Made by a program: the position numbers and the translations under genes. 64,000 bases of DNA. Origin: Eledone cirrhosa. Taxonomy: Eukaryota. The DNA lies in NCBI GenBank assembly GCA_964016885.1, contig OZ024741.1:186620001-186684000 (forward strand), in the 5' to 3' direction. The notes beneath the pieces were generated by a model. The model was not told the origin of the DNA, did no database searches, and saw only the letters and a list, made by a program, of their open reading frames with translations. This document shows, in pieces, positions 14,595 through 29,164 of this stretch. The first letter of the stretch is position 1. Each line of letters starts with the position of its first letter.

Positions 14595-17500
14595 TGTGTA
14601 GGACTGCATGCGAGACGGTTTCAATGTCCTGCTCGCATCTCGGACAGATCCTTTTTGTGGGATCTCTGCCCGGGCGTCCGTGCCTGTAGAGCTTGTCTCG
14701 AACTGGCAGAGCCCCTCGACAGAACTGCCATGCCATGGACTTTTGGAAGTTGTTCATGACTCCCGGTCGGAATGTCCTACCGAACAGACTGGCTAGTTCT
14801 CCTCATCGACGCCCAGAATCTCTCCGAGAACGTCATCGCACCTGTCCTCCACTAACCCTCTATAGAATGTTGAGATGGAGTCTCCGCTGATTGCTGAGTC
14901 CGCTTGGTAGAGGGCTGTGAGCGCCTGGGCACATTCAATGTGCCAGTCGCCCATTTTGTTCGGTCTTTTCCTCACCCAGGACTGCAGCTCCGTTAGTGAG
15001 ATGAGCAGCGGGAAGGCTTGTCTCACAAACGGAGCCCATACCGGCTTGCCGGTCAAGAATACCTGTAGATGCCGTAGCCCCAGCGCGTGTTTTCGCAACA
15101 TCAGCCACGCCATACCCAGCCCTCCGTTCGAAGGGTGCTGGCATTAGATGGATCTTCTCACCAGCGTAGGCTGCTTCTTCCAAAGGAATTGGAATAGCAT
15201 GCGTTCCATTCTGCTGAATTGAACACGGGGACAAGGCCGACGGTCATACGGTAGTAGATGGCGGATGCTATGAAAGTGTTCGCTAACTCCGCTCGACCTT
15301 TCAAGGATAGTTTGTACTGGGCCCACTTCTGGGTGAGAGCAAACACCTTGGCTACGACCTCGTTCCAGTTTTTCCCCACGTGGAGGTCAGGTCCGAACCA
15401 GACCCTGAGCAATTTCACCGGTCCTTCCGTCCAGCGTCCGACGACGTTGACAGATGGCATCGGTTTGTCCCTCCACGTACTGAGTTTCAAACCGACGGAC
15501 TTGTCCGGGTTTAGTTTTGCTCCCGTCAGCGTTTCGTATTCTTTCAGTAAGTTGCCGATCACCCCAATTTCCGAGGTGCTCGACACCATTACTGTTTCGT
15601 CGTCTGCGTAAGCTGACGCTGCTTTTTGCAGTCCTGGTTCCAACGCCATGCCCTGCAACAGCTCCAATTTCCGCAGTAGTGGCTCTAGAGTCAATACCTA
15701 CAGAATCGAGGAGAGAGGGCATCCTTGTCGGATGGAACGCGTGATTTGGAACGGTTCCGAAAGGAAGCCGTTCACCTTGACTCTCGAGCATATGTTGCTG
15801 TGCGTGGCAGCAATCCATCCTCTAAAAACGGGTCCGAAACCGGCCGCCTTAAGAACTGCTTCCACGTATCGATGATCGACCCTATAAAAAGCCTTAGACT
15901 GATCCAAATTTACACCCTACCCTCTTTATGATGTATCGCATGAGGGGGAGGTTGTCGTGTATGAACCTGTTCGGGATTGCGCACGTTTGCCCTTCCCCTA
16001 CCAGCTTCCCGACGACAAGCGCCAACCTCTTTTCTAACACCTTGGCCAAAATCTTTGACTCTGTGTTAAGCAGAGTTATGGGCCTGAAGTTGCCTATCAC
16101 GTGCTCCTTGTTCTCGTCTTTCCTGATCAGCGTACTACGCCTCTGCCCACAGAACTGGGAATTCTCTCGTTCTGCTGCCAGTTGCAGTAGACCGCTTCGA
16201 GGACGGCAGAGAACATGTCTGGCATGCCTATGTAGAATTCATAGGGTAGACCATCTATACCAGAAGATTTGCGTTTCCCGCAGCGGCCCAGCGCATCTTT
16301 TATTTCACCCGCAGTGATCGGCCTTTCGCAGAAATGTTCATCCCCGCTTGAGAGTTGCGGTAGGCCGTTGAGGTATGGACCGAAGTACATTGCCCCGTTC
16401 GACGCACCGCTCTGCTAGAACAGTTGTGCAAAGTGCCGCTGGAAGGCCGTGCACATTTGCTGCGAGTCAAATAGCACGGGTCCGTCTTGGTCTTTCAAAG
16501 ACAGAATTGTGGACTTGTTGCCACGTTTTGCCTCTGCCGCTCGGACCCAGCTGACAGCTTTGGCTCCTTCGTTTCCTAGAGCACGTGATCTACTTCTGAC
16601 AACACAGGCTTCGTGTTTCACATTGAAGAACTGGTCCAGTGCCGTTCTCGCTGCTAGCACGCTAGCTGTGATGCTGTGGTGCCACCCCTGAGCGCCTCTT
16701 CTACTCTAGCTACTAGTTCCTTCTCCCTCTTATCTTTCTCTAACGCTAGTTCTTTGCTAAACTCTTTAGATTCTACTCTAATTGTTTTCTTGAGAGAATG
16801 CCACCATCTGTTATTGATGATGACCCCTGTCATTTGTTGCTTAACTAAACTACTAATCCGTCTACTGTAGGCTTTACATGTCGGTAACGAAAAGTTCAGC
16901 TTCCAGTAGCCGGGTCACTGTCTATGTGTTCTATCATGGTTTAGTATGCAGGTCACTAACTTGTGGTCCGAATAGGCAACCATGAACATCTGTGGACAGC
17001 TTAACATTTCCCTATCTTTTTCTCTAATGATGATCCTATCTAAGTACGATCTAGAAGTCCCACTACGGTTTGTCCACGTCCACAGTGGCGCAGTTGGGAA
17101 GTCTATTCGGTATCTATCGGCCAGTTGGAATTGACCGATTAGATTTTTAAGGCTGTTGCACCCCCCTCTATTGGGACATGTTCCCACATAGTCCCAACGT
17201 GCGTCTAGGATGCCATTTCAATCCCCCACTAACAGTAAGGAGCGAGACGTTCCCAGAAAGGACTCTAGACGCTTGAAGAAATCCAGTCACGATGTTCCAG
17301 TACGAGCATACACGGCCAGAAGTCTGAAGGCTCCGCCTTCACTACTGTTCACGTCGAGGACCACCAGTCTACCTTCCGCGTCCAAGTGAACTTCCTGTAC
17401 TGCGAGGTCCAGGTTTTTCCTAAACAAAACAGCAACTCTCCCTCCACCTCCCGGCTGACAGAGAGATGCGTAGATCTCAAAGTCATCGAAGATGGGGGTT

Positions 17501-17643
17501 AATTGCTGCTTGTTGTGGATCCCGGACTCGCTGATGACTATCACATCCTTACTGTGCGACCTGAGGTCATTTAAAAGTTGGCCCTGTTTTCAGGGCATCC
17601 CCCGGCAACGAACGTTCACACTTCCCACTCTTATACTCGCCAT
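14595..17643 (-). pseudogene. Tx1 family A ORF2 (APE endonuclease + reverse transcriptase), broken
   Basis: At least eight ORF fragments homologous to the intact 1139-aa ORF2 at 46450-49869. Confidence 0.9.
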
Positions 17644-17682
17644 GTTGGTAAGGAAGAGTTTGAAAAGAATGACCAGACGCAC

Positions 17683-18462
17683 TTAGCTTTTCGTTTCCTG
17701 GAGATCAGGTTGTCCAATCTCCATAGCCGTGTTGGTGGGGTCGTTTGGTGGTGTTTGGTGGTGTTTGGTGGGGTGGTGTTGTTGTTGGGACGGTGGTGTT
17801 TGGTGGGATGGGGGTGTTTGGCTGGTTGGGGTGGGGATGTTTGATGCGTTGGAGAAACATTAAGAATTTGTAGGAGTCCGTTGGGACCCTTATCATCTTA
17901 GGGTGGGGTTTGTCTGCCCACCTTGTAAATGTTTCCCCTACGGTGCAAGCCGAAGGGTATTTGGAGATGATCTCCATTAGATTTTTGTTGTGTGTATTTA
18001 TATATGCATATTGTTGTTGTTGTGTTGTATTTGTTTGTTGCTCATGTGAGAGTTTTCTTTTTATGGTTGGTGTTTGTGTTTGGAGTGGTGTTGTGGTTTG
18101 TTTTTTCAGGAGGGCGAGTTTCTGTTTGTGGTGGTTTTTGTGTTGTTTGTGTTGGTGGTAATGGCTGTTGTTGTTTTTTTTTTGTTTTTGTGGTGTCGTT
18201 TTTTTTTTCTTTTTGGACGGAGAGGCTCTCCTTCGTCATCGCTTAGGGATGCTGAAGGTGCCTCGTCGGAAGTGAAGTCTGGGTTGTGTGGGAGGGGTAT
18301 GATTTGTGGAGATGTTGTGTTTGTGGGTGTTGTTGTGGTAGTTTTACGTGGAGTGGGGGTGGGTGGGACTGTGTTTGTGGTTAGACTTGTTATTTTTGTG
18401 TGTTGTTGTTGTTGATGTGGTGGTGGTGGTGGTGCTGGTGGTGCTGGTGGTGGTGGTGGTGG

Positions 18463-18493
<31 letters not shown>

Positions 18494-19590
18494 GGTGGTG
18501 ATGGTGGTGGTGGTGCTTTTGGTGTTGGTAGTAGTGTTTTTGTTTGCTTTGTGTACAAGTTGAGGACAAGAAGCCTTCAAATGTGTTCTGCTGAAACATT
18601 TGAAACAGCTAGGCTTCTTGTCCTCGGCAGAAATGTGAATGTAGGAATGTCCATCCAGGGGCACGCGTTGTGGTATTTTTGCTATCCCTTCTGGCATCAT
18701 ATGGACCAGAACTTGAAGACTTGTACCACTCCATGTGTTTCTGGAAGAATTTCCTATCGAAACAATGGTGTTTTGATCAGTATCAATAAAGCCTGTCAGA
18801 ATCCACCAGACGTTTAGTGGAATGTTTGCAATTTTTATTTTTTTAGTCCTTTTCCCCATGTATGTAGGGAAAAAGGTGTATGCAGAAGACACAATTGGAG
18901 CCACAGAATATTTCTGAGCCATCAATTGGTCCTTCATTAAAATGGAAATGCTGCCATATAGCTTTCCTCTTTGTATGAAGGCAATGTCCTTCATTACGTC
19001 TCTCAGGGTCAGTTCAATCTCATTTTGTGTGAGTTGAACTGGCTTCCTCGTCTCATTCGAAATGGTTCGAAAGAGGAAGGTCCTCAGTATTGTGTCCCTA
19101 CGCACTTCCGGAAGTGAGTTGATGCTGAAAGCTCCACTTCCTCCGAAAGTTACATATGGTTTACTTTTCAGTAACATCTCCTTAGCATTCGAAATCTCTA
19201 AGGGGATGTATTGTTCAGTCTTTTGCACTGTTTGTGCAAAAGACGCTTTCTTGTTGTTGTTGTTGTTGGTGGTGGTGGTGTTTCTGTCGTCGTTGTTGTT
19301 GTTGTTGCTGTTGTTACTGCTGGTGTTTTTGCTGCTGTTACAACTGTTGTTGTTGCTGCTGTCGGTATTGCTGCTATTGTTGTTGTTGTTGTTGTTCTCT
19401 TTGTTGTTATTGTACGTTTCGTAGTTGGTGTTGTATTTCTCTCTATCAAGTCAGCCTTTTTTTGTTTGCTAGGCAATAAGCCTATTTTAGCAAGAGGAGT
19501 TATTCCAACTTCCTCTCTTTCTCCGCATTCAATTCTCGTGCTGATGTCAGCAGCAGGAGTCGAAGTGGGCGTAACATTTTTTTCGGCCAT
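17683..19590 (-). pseudogene. Tx1 family A ORF1 (frameshifted)
   Basis: ORF pieces 19198-19590, 18344-19228 and 18106-18558 are colinear with ORF1 at 44321-46414 and include the zinc knuckle. Confidence 0.8.
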
Positions 19591-19797
19591 ATTTTTTTGA
19601 AAAATTCCAGAGTTGTTTATAAAATTTGGATAATCATTTCCGCCCCTAATGGGGCGAAGAATTAAGGCTGCCGCCCGCTAACAAGAAGCGGGTGGTTAAT
19701 AAACAGATTGAACTAATTTCTTTCCGATATAATTAAACGGTTATTTACGATAAAATTCAAGAAAAGTTTACCAGCGATCTGTCGCACAGCTATCCAA

Positions 19798-19798
19798 G

Positions 19799-19876
<78 letters not shown>

Positions 19877-19937
19877 GTAGGTAGATAGATAGAGTTATTG
19901 ATTGATTGATTGTTAGATAGATATATAGATAGATATA
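19798..19937. repeat. (GATA)n microsatellite between two Tx1 family A copies
   Basis: Visible directly. Confidence 0.95.
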
Positions 19938-20793
19938 TTTCTTTATTTGCCACAAGTGCGCACAAGAAAATGGGACAATACAAAGGCACATGCCGGGGAT
20001 TTTACATACAGTCGTGTAAAAATATTGAGACAAACAATTATAACAATCGAAATCCCTAATAGGGGGGAGGCGCCACAAATGGGTTGTTTAATACCCTCCA
20101 CTTCAGGAGCGTGTTGTGTAAGTGCTCCCTTCTTCCTTTTTCTCTCTTCTTTAACCTACAGACTTATAAACAGAGAAGGCCCAATCACTTGTGCCATTTT
20201 CTCTTCATTCACCCACCTTTCAGTAAATATACTGGGGTGCAGTGCCTCTCTCTCCACTCTGATTCTCCTTCTAAAGTGATACTTAAAGAAGGGAATCAAT
20301 TGTTGTCCGGAGTAAAAGGCATCTGTCCTCAGTCCTCTCAATCTCGTCCACCATATAACCTCTTTCCCCATAGCCACTGTACAGAGGAAAAACCGGCTCT
20401 CTTTCGTTTTTGAAAGAGGCTGGCGATTTGATCCTTACTATGGACTCGGCAGTCAACTGTATTTGTCCCATATGCGACAGCAGTTGTTCTGTATAGTTCC
20501 ACAGGTCGCTTACGCCTGGGCAGTGTACAATTGCGTGCAAGATGGTTTCAATGTCCTGCTCGCATCTTGGACACGTCCTCTTAGAAGGATCCCTGCCAGG
20601 GCGTCCGTGCCTGTAGATCTTGTCTCGAACGGGTAGAGCTCCTCGGTAGCACTGCCAGGCCAGGGACCTCTGGAAGTTATCCATAGGTCCCGGGCGGAAA
20701 GTCCTACCGAACAGACTGGTGAGCTCGTCGTCTTCGACGCCTAGAGTCTCACCGAGAACGTCGTCGCACTTGTAAAGTACTGACCCTCTATAG

Positions 20794-23221
20794 CAGCGGT
20801 TCCCAATCTTTTATAATAAATTCCACCTTAATGATATAGCAAAACAGTATGGCTCCTCCCCCAAAAAATTAAAATTTTTGATATAATTTTTTCATGTAGA
20901 AATAATTTCGGCATGTCTTTTTATTTCAATCAAATCATTTTAACTTTATTATAAACCCTTTTTCAACAAAAAACATTAAAATAAGAACATATTATTTAAT
21001 TTCAAAGAACAAATTAATGAGAATTCTGTAGTTGTTTGTTTTCAACTAGTTTCCGGAATCTTGGAAGAATAGAGGTAAGAGCACACCTCAAGTCATCTTC
21101 AACTGCCAATTTGTTTCTTGCCTTTGATTTGATTGCTAACATAGCAGAGAACCCGCTCTCACAAAGATAATTAGATGAAAATGGCAGCAACACATGGATC
21201 GCCATGTCAGTTATTCTTGGGTAGGACACTCTCATAGAACACTAGAATTTATTCAATTCTTCTGTCTTAAAAAATTCTTTGCTGTTGAGTCATTAATTAG
21301 TTCAAGGAATTCTTCTTAAGCTTCTTCTGGTACAACTTCCACATCACAAAGAAAGGGATTTTTTTGTCAACTCAAGATTGTGTTGACATAGAACTGGGAA
21401 GTCCTCTGAAACTCATCCTCAAGTTGTGACAGATGCTCAGTTATTTCAAGTTCTGTGGTCATTGGGAGTTGCTCTCCATTTAGAATAGATGTCATTTTTG
21501 GAAACATTATAACATTACCTTGGTGAACTCTTTGCTTGTATAATACTAATTTTCCTAGAAAAGCACGGACAGACTCTGTATGCGACAGAATATTGCAATT
21601 TTTCCCTTGCAACTTTAAATTCAAACTAGTGAGTATGCCGAAAATGTCAACAAGATAAGTAAGAAGAAGATCAAAATGATCATGTTGAAATTTTTCCAGA
21701 ATATCTTGCTTCCTTTGCTCTTTAAAAAACTTTTTCACCACATTGCGAAGCGAGAAAAACCTTTCCAAATATTGACCAACTGACAACCAACGGACAGATG
21801 TGTAATAAAGAAGATTTGTATGCTTTGTTCCCAGGTCATCACAAAGTTGTTTGAACAAACGAGTATTCAGAGTTGATGATTTGATAAAACTTACAATTTT
21901 GACAATGTCTTTGAAGAAATTATTTAGTTTTTGAGGCAATGATTTTGATGCAAGGGCTTCTCTGTGTATGAAGCAATGTACTCCTACTACTTGTGGTGCT
22001 TTAGCATTTACCAGTGTTTGAAAACCAGACCTTGATCCAAGTATTGCTGGTGCTCCATCTGTTGTTATGCCTGTGAGACGTTGCCAAACAATTCCTTGCT
22101 TGTCAATAAATGTAAAAACTGATTCCGTGACATCAACTGCTTTCGTTGTGCCCTCCAGCGAATGGCAGTAAAGAAACTCTTCTTTCATATGACCATTAAA
22201 CAAATAGCGACAGAAGACTAGGAGTTGAGAACACATGGAAATATCAGTTGATTCATCAAGCTGCAATGCAAACCATGGTGAATCCTTAATTTGCTCAACG
22301 ATTTGATCCTTCAAATCTACCGATATATCATTTATCCTCCGTTCTATCATGCTATTTGACAAGGATATATCATTTAACTTCTTTGAAGCACTTTCTCCAA
22401 CAACAAGTTTAACCATCTCTTTGGCACAAGGCAAAATCAATTCCTCAGCAATCGTATGTGCCTTCTTTTGTTGAGCAATCAGATAAGCAACACGATAGGA
22501 AGCTTCAACAATAGTGGCCTTTGTCTCATGAATAGTACCACTTACATCAAGCTTTTGATTTTTTAAACCATCTGATTTCCTTTTAAAAAAAGATTCATCT
22601 TTTCCAAGTAGTTCAGGGAGACATTTTGAAAGATGTAATTTGAGCTTAGAAGGCCTCATAGAGTCATTTCCCAGTACCTTGAAACAAGTTACACATTGAG
22701 GCAAATCAATATTGTTCTTTTGCATGCAAACAAATCACACTTGAAGATATGTATCATCATACTTTCTCTTTTTTCTGTTTTTCTGACATTGAGAAATTCA
22801 CTAAAATAAATTAAAAAAAAGCTTCTATATCCAGTTTTAAAGGATAAATTTACTAAAATAAATAATGAAAAGTACTTCAAAATAGTCAAAATAATTTTGT
22901 CAATGAGAAATTTACTAAAATAAATAATATATATTCTGTTATAAAAATAAGTTTCTTTACTAAGTTTATTTACTAAAATATAAACTGTTATATCCAGATT
23001 TAAATAATTATCAAGTGAAGTAAAATCATAATTAGAAAAGGTAGAAAATTGATAAAAAGCTGAATATAAAATGTTGAAGCAAGAAAAAGAAAAAACTATG
23101 TTAGGAAACTACTCTTCTTTTTATGTATGAAATTTTGCGATTTTTAGTTAATTGCCGTGGCTCCCCCAATAACTTGCTATGGCCCATTGGTGGGCCATGG
23201 CCCCCTGGTTGGGGAATAATG
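20794..23221 (-). mobile_element. hAT DNA transposon, Buster/Charlie family
   Basis: Left terminus CAGCGGTTCCCAA and degenerate right terminus TTGGGGAATAATG. 8-bp TSD CTCTATAG at 20786-20793 and 23222-23229, with TA at positions 4-5 as in Buster elements. Confidence 0.92.
21014..22790 (-). pseudogene. hAT (Buster; ZBED5/SCAND3-like) transposase, frameshifted
   Basis: PQCVTC BED-finger remnant, LQLDES, TTDGAPA, HCFIHRE, VRWLS, and C-terminal SNYLCESGFS in a separate frame (21014-21235). Confidence 0.9.
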
Positions 23222-23635
23222 CTCTATAGAATGTCGAAGTGGGGTCTCCAATGATTACTGTGCCCGCTTGACAGAGGACTGTGAACGCCTGGGTGCATCC
23301 AATGTGCCAGGCGCCCATCTTCTCCGGTCTTCGCTTGACCCAGGACTGCAGCTCCGTCAGCGAGACAAGTTGTGGGAAGGCCTGTTTGCGCATCATTAGC
23401 CATGGCCTGTCCAGCCCTCTGTTGGAAGGGTGTTGACAGTACACGGATCTCCTCACCAGTGAAGCCTGCATCTTCCACAGGAACTGGAAGAACATGCCTT
23501 CCATATTGGTGAGGTATTCACGGGGACAAGGCACGACAGTCAAGCGGTAGTAGATGGATTGATAGAGAGATAGATACAAATAAGTGCATATAATATATAT
23601 ATATATATATAAACCAAATATATATATATATATAT

Positions 23636-24665
23636 ATAAAATATTAAACAAATAATGAATAAACAATTCCTTATATTAAACAAAAAAATTCATTATTTAA
23701 CGATCGTTTCTAGGGTATATATGTGTTATAATTGGTATGCATATTCAACAGATCTATGTACAAAATTATACAAAATTATACAAATTATCAAGATTAAATA
23801 TACATACCTAACACATATATACGCCGTCTTCAGAAATAATGAAGTATATTTATTGATAATAACAACAATTCAAAATATCAGTTCAAAATTGACCAATGAA
23901 AACACAAAGGGTTAAAAGCAGTTCGGTGTGTGTATATACATGTAAAATCCTTACACATATTTTACAAAAATGTATGTATAACTTGTATACGCATACTAAA
24001 AAGATGGATGCAAACACAAAATTTCAAGGTTAATATCTCTGTAAGCTTAAAATGCGCTGATAAGATGCGCATTGATACTTATGGAGTCAAGCATATAAAT
24101 ATATTTTTTCATACTCACACATATCAGTATAATCACACATACATGCGCGTATATGCATAAATATACACATAACCACGAACATACAAACACACACACACCC
24201 CCACTCACATTTATATATGTGGATATAAAATCATAAGCACATGGAAATTAAATCACTCACATAAAACACTGGCACACACATTTCAAGATCAAGATACAGA
24301 AATTAGGTGGGAGGGGGGGGGGGAAGGGGTCAGTATTCAATTGTCTGAGCAGACTGCCTAATATAAATGTATCTATAAATTAAGAAAAATAAAAAAATAA
24401 AACAATAAAATATAATAAATATAATATAATATACATACACATACAGATATATATACATACATACATGTACGCGCACATAGAAATATTTACGCATACACAC
24501 ATACACACATACATATACAGTCATACACACACATACACTTACACGAACATACACATACACATATAAAAAGATATATATATACACACACACACGCGCAACA
24601 CATACACACATACACATATATATAAAAAATAGATAATAAAGATATATATCCATATATATATATAT

Positions 24666-24722
<57 letters not shown>

Positions 24723-24801
24723 CATACACATACATCTAAATATACATACACATACATACACACATACATGTACATACATGTACATACATATACGCACATC
24801 G

Positions 24802-24840
<39 letters not shown>

Positions 24841-25285
24841 TAGACATATAGATACATACACACACAACTTACATACACACATATATATATATAGATGTAC
24901 ATTCATACATAGAATTAGATATATAATCATACATACATATGCACCTACTTATACTCATATATATAAATACATACGCTTTCATATATGTGTATATACATAA
25001 AAAACAATACAACCTCACCTAACTCAGACATACAAATAAAAATAATAATAAAAAGGCATATGTATATACATACACACACGCATTAATAGAGATATATATA
25101 TATACACACATACATACACATATATATATATATATACACATATATATACACATACATATATATATATACATATATACACATATATATACACACACATACA
25201 CTCATACATATATATATATATATATATATATAAACATATATATCTACACACTCATACCACCATAAATACACATACAAACACCCAC

Positions 25286-25362
<77 letters not shown>

Positions 25363-25654
25363 TAAAAAACAGACATGCACATATATATATATATATATTT
25401 TATTACTCTTATATATACACATATTATATACACATACACAACATCACTTATACACATATACACATAAGTTATATTATAATAATAAAGAATAATATACATA
25501 TATATATATACATATACATATATATATATATATATATATACATACATACATACACATACATACATACACATAAACATATACATACATAAATACACACATA
25601 CGAATAAAGACATATATTCACACATAGACACCTATATATATATATATATATATC

Positions 25655-25712
<58 letters not shown>

Positions 25713-26847
25713 GACACATATACACACTCACATATATATATGTGTATGTGTGTGTGCGCACATACACATATATACACACACACATACAAACACACACAAA
25801 CACATACATATGCATACGTGTACACACACACACATATATCACATAGATACGAAGATAAACATATAAATAGAGAGACATACATATATATATACACAACACA
25901 CATACACATACATACATACACGCATATACATATACATACATATATATACATATATATATTCCTATATATACAAGCATACACATACATACACATATATACA
26001 CATACATACACATATACATACAACACATTCACATACACATACATATATAATGCATATATATACATATATATACATACATATGTATGTACACTCATATATA
26101 CACACACAATCTTACATTCATATTTGCATGCTCATATATGTATTTTTATATTTAGATATAAATACCCACCTATATAGACACCTACCTACATATATATTCA
26201 TACATAGACGCTTACAAATACAGATGATAATAGTATGGGGGAAAGGGGGGGTTTGGAGAAGGGGATCAAAGTAAATATATGTTTCAAGAAACATATAATA
26301 TTTTCCGTATCTTTATTCAATGTATGTTCTTACATATTTTCAGTGCTAGGAAATACGACAAACAAGAACCAAGGCAAAATCTATGCATCTCAAAATAAAT
26401 AAGTATACCATTAATCATATGTTAACTAAACCAAAGATAGTCAACATATTGATTTCTAAGGTGTAAATTAGTTAGGTTTATAATATTTGAAGCAGAATTT
26501 TGAAGTCAAACAGTAGTAGATTATTAATTACAGTATAACTAAATTAAAGTTAATAACGTTATGGTATCAATATTAGGAAATGAATTTAGTAATAGGGAAA
26601 AGAAACCCAAATAAAAATAAAATAAAGTATTACATCGGTAGTAGCATATAAATTATATGTTAACTAAATTAAAAATTATATATTTATTTCAATAGTATAC
26701 GTTAATTAGTATATGTTAATTAGGTATACAATACATAAAGCAGATATTGTATTTCATCAATAGCATAATATAATTATATGCAAATAGAAATCAAAATTAA
26801 TACGCATACATATACATATACATACACATACACATACACATACATAT

Positions 26848-26884
<37 letters not shown>

Positions 26885-28067
26885 TACACATATATACATA
26901 CATACAGATACACATACACAACACACACATACACATACACATATACATATACATATCTTTTTCAAAAAATTGCACAGAATATATTAACTAGGTATATATC
27001 CAAAACACATCCCATTCTATGATTACATGACATTCTGTGTATATATATATATATGGATATATATCTTTATTATCTATTTTTTATATATATGTGTATGTGT
27101 GTATGTGTTGCGCGTGTGTGTGTGTATATATATATCTTTTTATATGTGTATGTGTATGTTCGTGTAAGTGTATGTGTGTGTATGACTGTATATGTATGTG
27201 TGTATGTGTGTATGCGTAAATATTTCTATGTGCGCGTACATGTATGTATGTATATATATCTGTATGTGTATGTATATTATATTATATTTATTATATTTTA
27301 TTGTTTTATTTTTTTATTTTTCTTAATTTATAGATACATTTATATTAGGCAGTCTGCTCAGACAATTGAATACTGACCCCTTCCCCCCCTCCCACCTAAT
27401 TTCTGTATCTTGATCTTGAAATGTGTGTGCCAGTGTTTTATGTGAGTGATTTAATTTCCATGTGCTTATGATTTTATATCCACATATATAAATGTGAGTG
27501 GGGGTGTGTGTGTGTTTGTATGTTCGTGGTTATGTGTATATTTATGCATATACGCGCATGTATGTGTGATTATACTGATATGTGTGAGTATGAAAAAATA
27601 TATTTATATGCTTGACTCCATAAGTATCAATGCGCATCTTATCAGCGCATTTTAAGCTTACAGAGATATTAACCTTGAAATTTTGTGTTTGCATCCATCT
27701 TTTTAGTATGCGTATACAAGTTATACATACATTTTTGTAAAATATGTGTAAGGATTTTACATGTATATACACACACCGAACTGCTTTTAACCCTTTGTGT
27801 TTTCATTGGTCAATTTTGAACTGATATTTTGAATTGTTGTTATTATCAATAAATATACTTCATTATTTCTGAAGACGGCGTATATATGTGTTAGGTATGT
27901 ATATTTAATCTTGATAATTTGTATAATTTTGTATAATTTTGTACATAGATCTGTTGAATATGCATACCAATTATAACACATATATACCCTAGAAACGATC
28001 GTTAAATAATGAACTTTTTTTGTTTAATATAAGGAATTGTTTATTCATTATTTGTTTAATATTTTAT
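23636..28067. repeat. ~1.03-kb near-identical inverted repeat (23636-24670 and 27036-28067) around a ~2.4-kb spacer
   Basis: The two arms give identical ORF translations on opposite strands (e.g. 23930-24160 + and 27542-27772 -). Confidence 0.92.
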
Positions 28068-28198
28068 CTTGACTCTGTATACCGTTTATCTTTCACCGAA
28101 AGTGGATTTTCATTACATCTCTTCTTTCCATGATATCCGGAATACATTGAGTTCTTCATACGGATTGGACACTACCGTAAACTCTTGGTAGATTTATC

Positions 28199-28261
<63 letters not shown>

Positions 28262-29164
28262 GCCAACATTATTCATGGTTTTCGTATTCCATTATTCATG
28301 GTTTTCGTATTCCATTATTCATGGTTTTCGTGTTCCATTAGGTAGAAATTATTACTTATTGGTCGGTTAGAAGTAAGGAATTTCTAAAAAAAATATCAAC
28401 AAATCCTCAATTCAGATAATTTGTTATCAGAATAGCAAAACACTCCAGTAATATATTATATTTCTCCGGGAGATAGAGATCACGCCTTCTGAAAAAAATT
28501 CTATCTAGGAATTGCATATTTTATCATGTCCATATTGATGTTATTTAAAATATATTTTATTATTTATTAGACTCAAAATACACCAGGTGTATTTCTAATA
28601 TTCTGATTGTAAAAATATATAGCCAGAATCAAATTTATGGTTAGTCGCTGGGAGTTATATTGTGCTAACCAGTACACATAAAGACAGAATCATATGCACG
28701 CACACACTTACACATAGGCGCTCGCGCACGCATACGAACACACACACACACACACACACACACATGCTTAAATTTTCGGTACAGTTTCTGTCAACAAATT
28801 TCTAATAACAAAACATGTTAAACCTAAGATTGCAGAAGGCACTTGCACCAGTTGACGACTATTGGGGTCGAATTTGGAACAAAGTTGATCTAAAGCATAT
28901 TTGTTTAAAACATCATTATGCCCGAGCCTATAGTGTTAATATATAGACCTCAACACACAAAAATGTTTCAAAAACATATAAACATACAGATACACTAAGA
29001 ATTATAACTGAATAGCTATTAAATTAAGGTAGGTTTAACATAATCGCATGCAAGTATTCATATAAACATTTCATCCAACAGTTCTTGGCGCACGCGTACA
29101 TATTCACATATCCACGCATACACGCAGTCACATACATACATACACACATACATACATACACACT

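Larger units (their letters stand above)
14595..19797 (-). mobile_element. degenerate L1/Tx1-clade LINE (family A), 5' intact and 3' truncated
   Basis: ORF1 starts at 19590 and has a CCHC knuckle (CFKCFSRTHLKASC). ORF2 starts at 17643 (MASIRVGSVNVR) with APE endonuclease (SYLDRI, SDHK), RT (FRPITLLN, RQGCPLS, AYADD) and CPRC motifs. Many stops and frameshifts. Confidence 0.9.
19938..23550 (-). mobile_element. 5'-truncated Tx1 family A LINE (3' end of ORF2 + 3' UTR) interrupted by a hAT element
   Basis: ORF2 C-terminus (MDNFQRSLAWQCYRGALPVRDK...CPRC) at 20283-20684, with the upstream part at 23224-23550. AATAAA on the - strand at ~19942-19947. Both ends abut GATA repeats. Confidence 0.9.

Noticed and set aside
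21014-22790. Domesticated ZBED5/SCAND3/ZBED8-type host gene
   Set aside because: The frame is broken, TIR-like ends and a TSD are present, and it is inserted inside a LINE, so it is a transposon copy.
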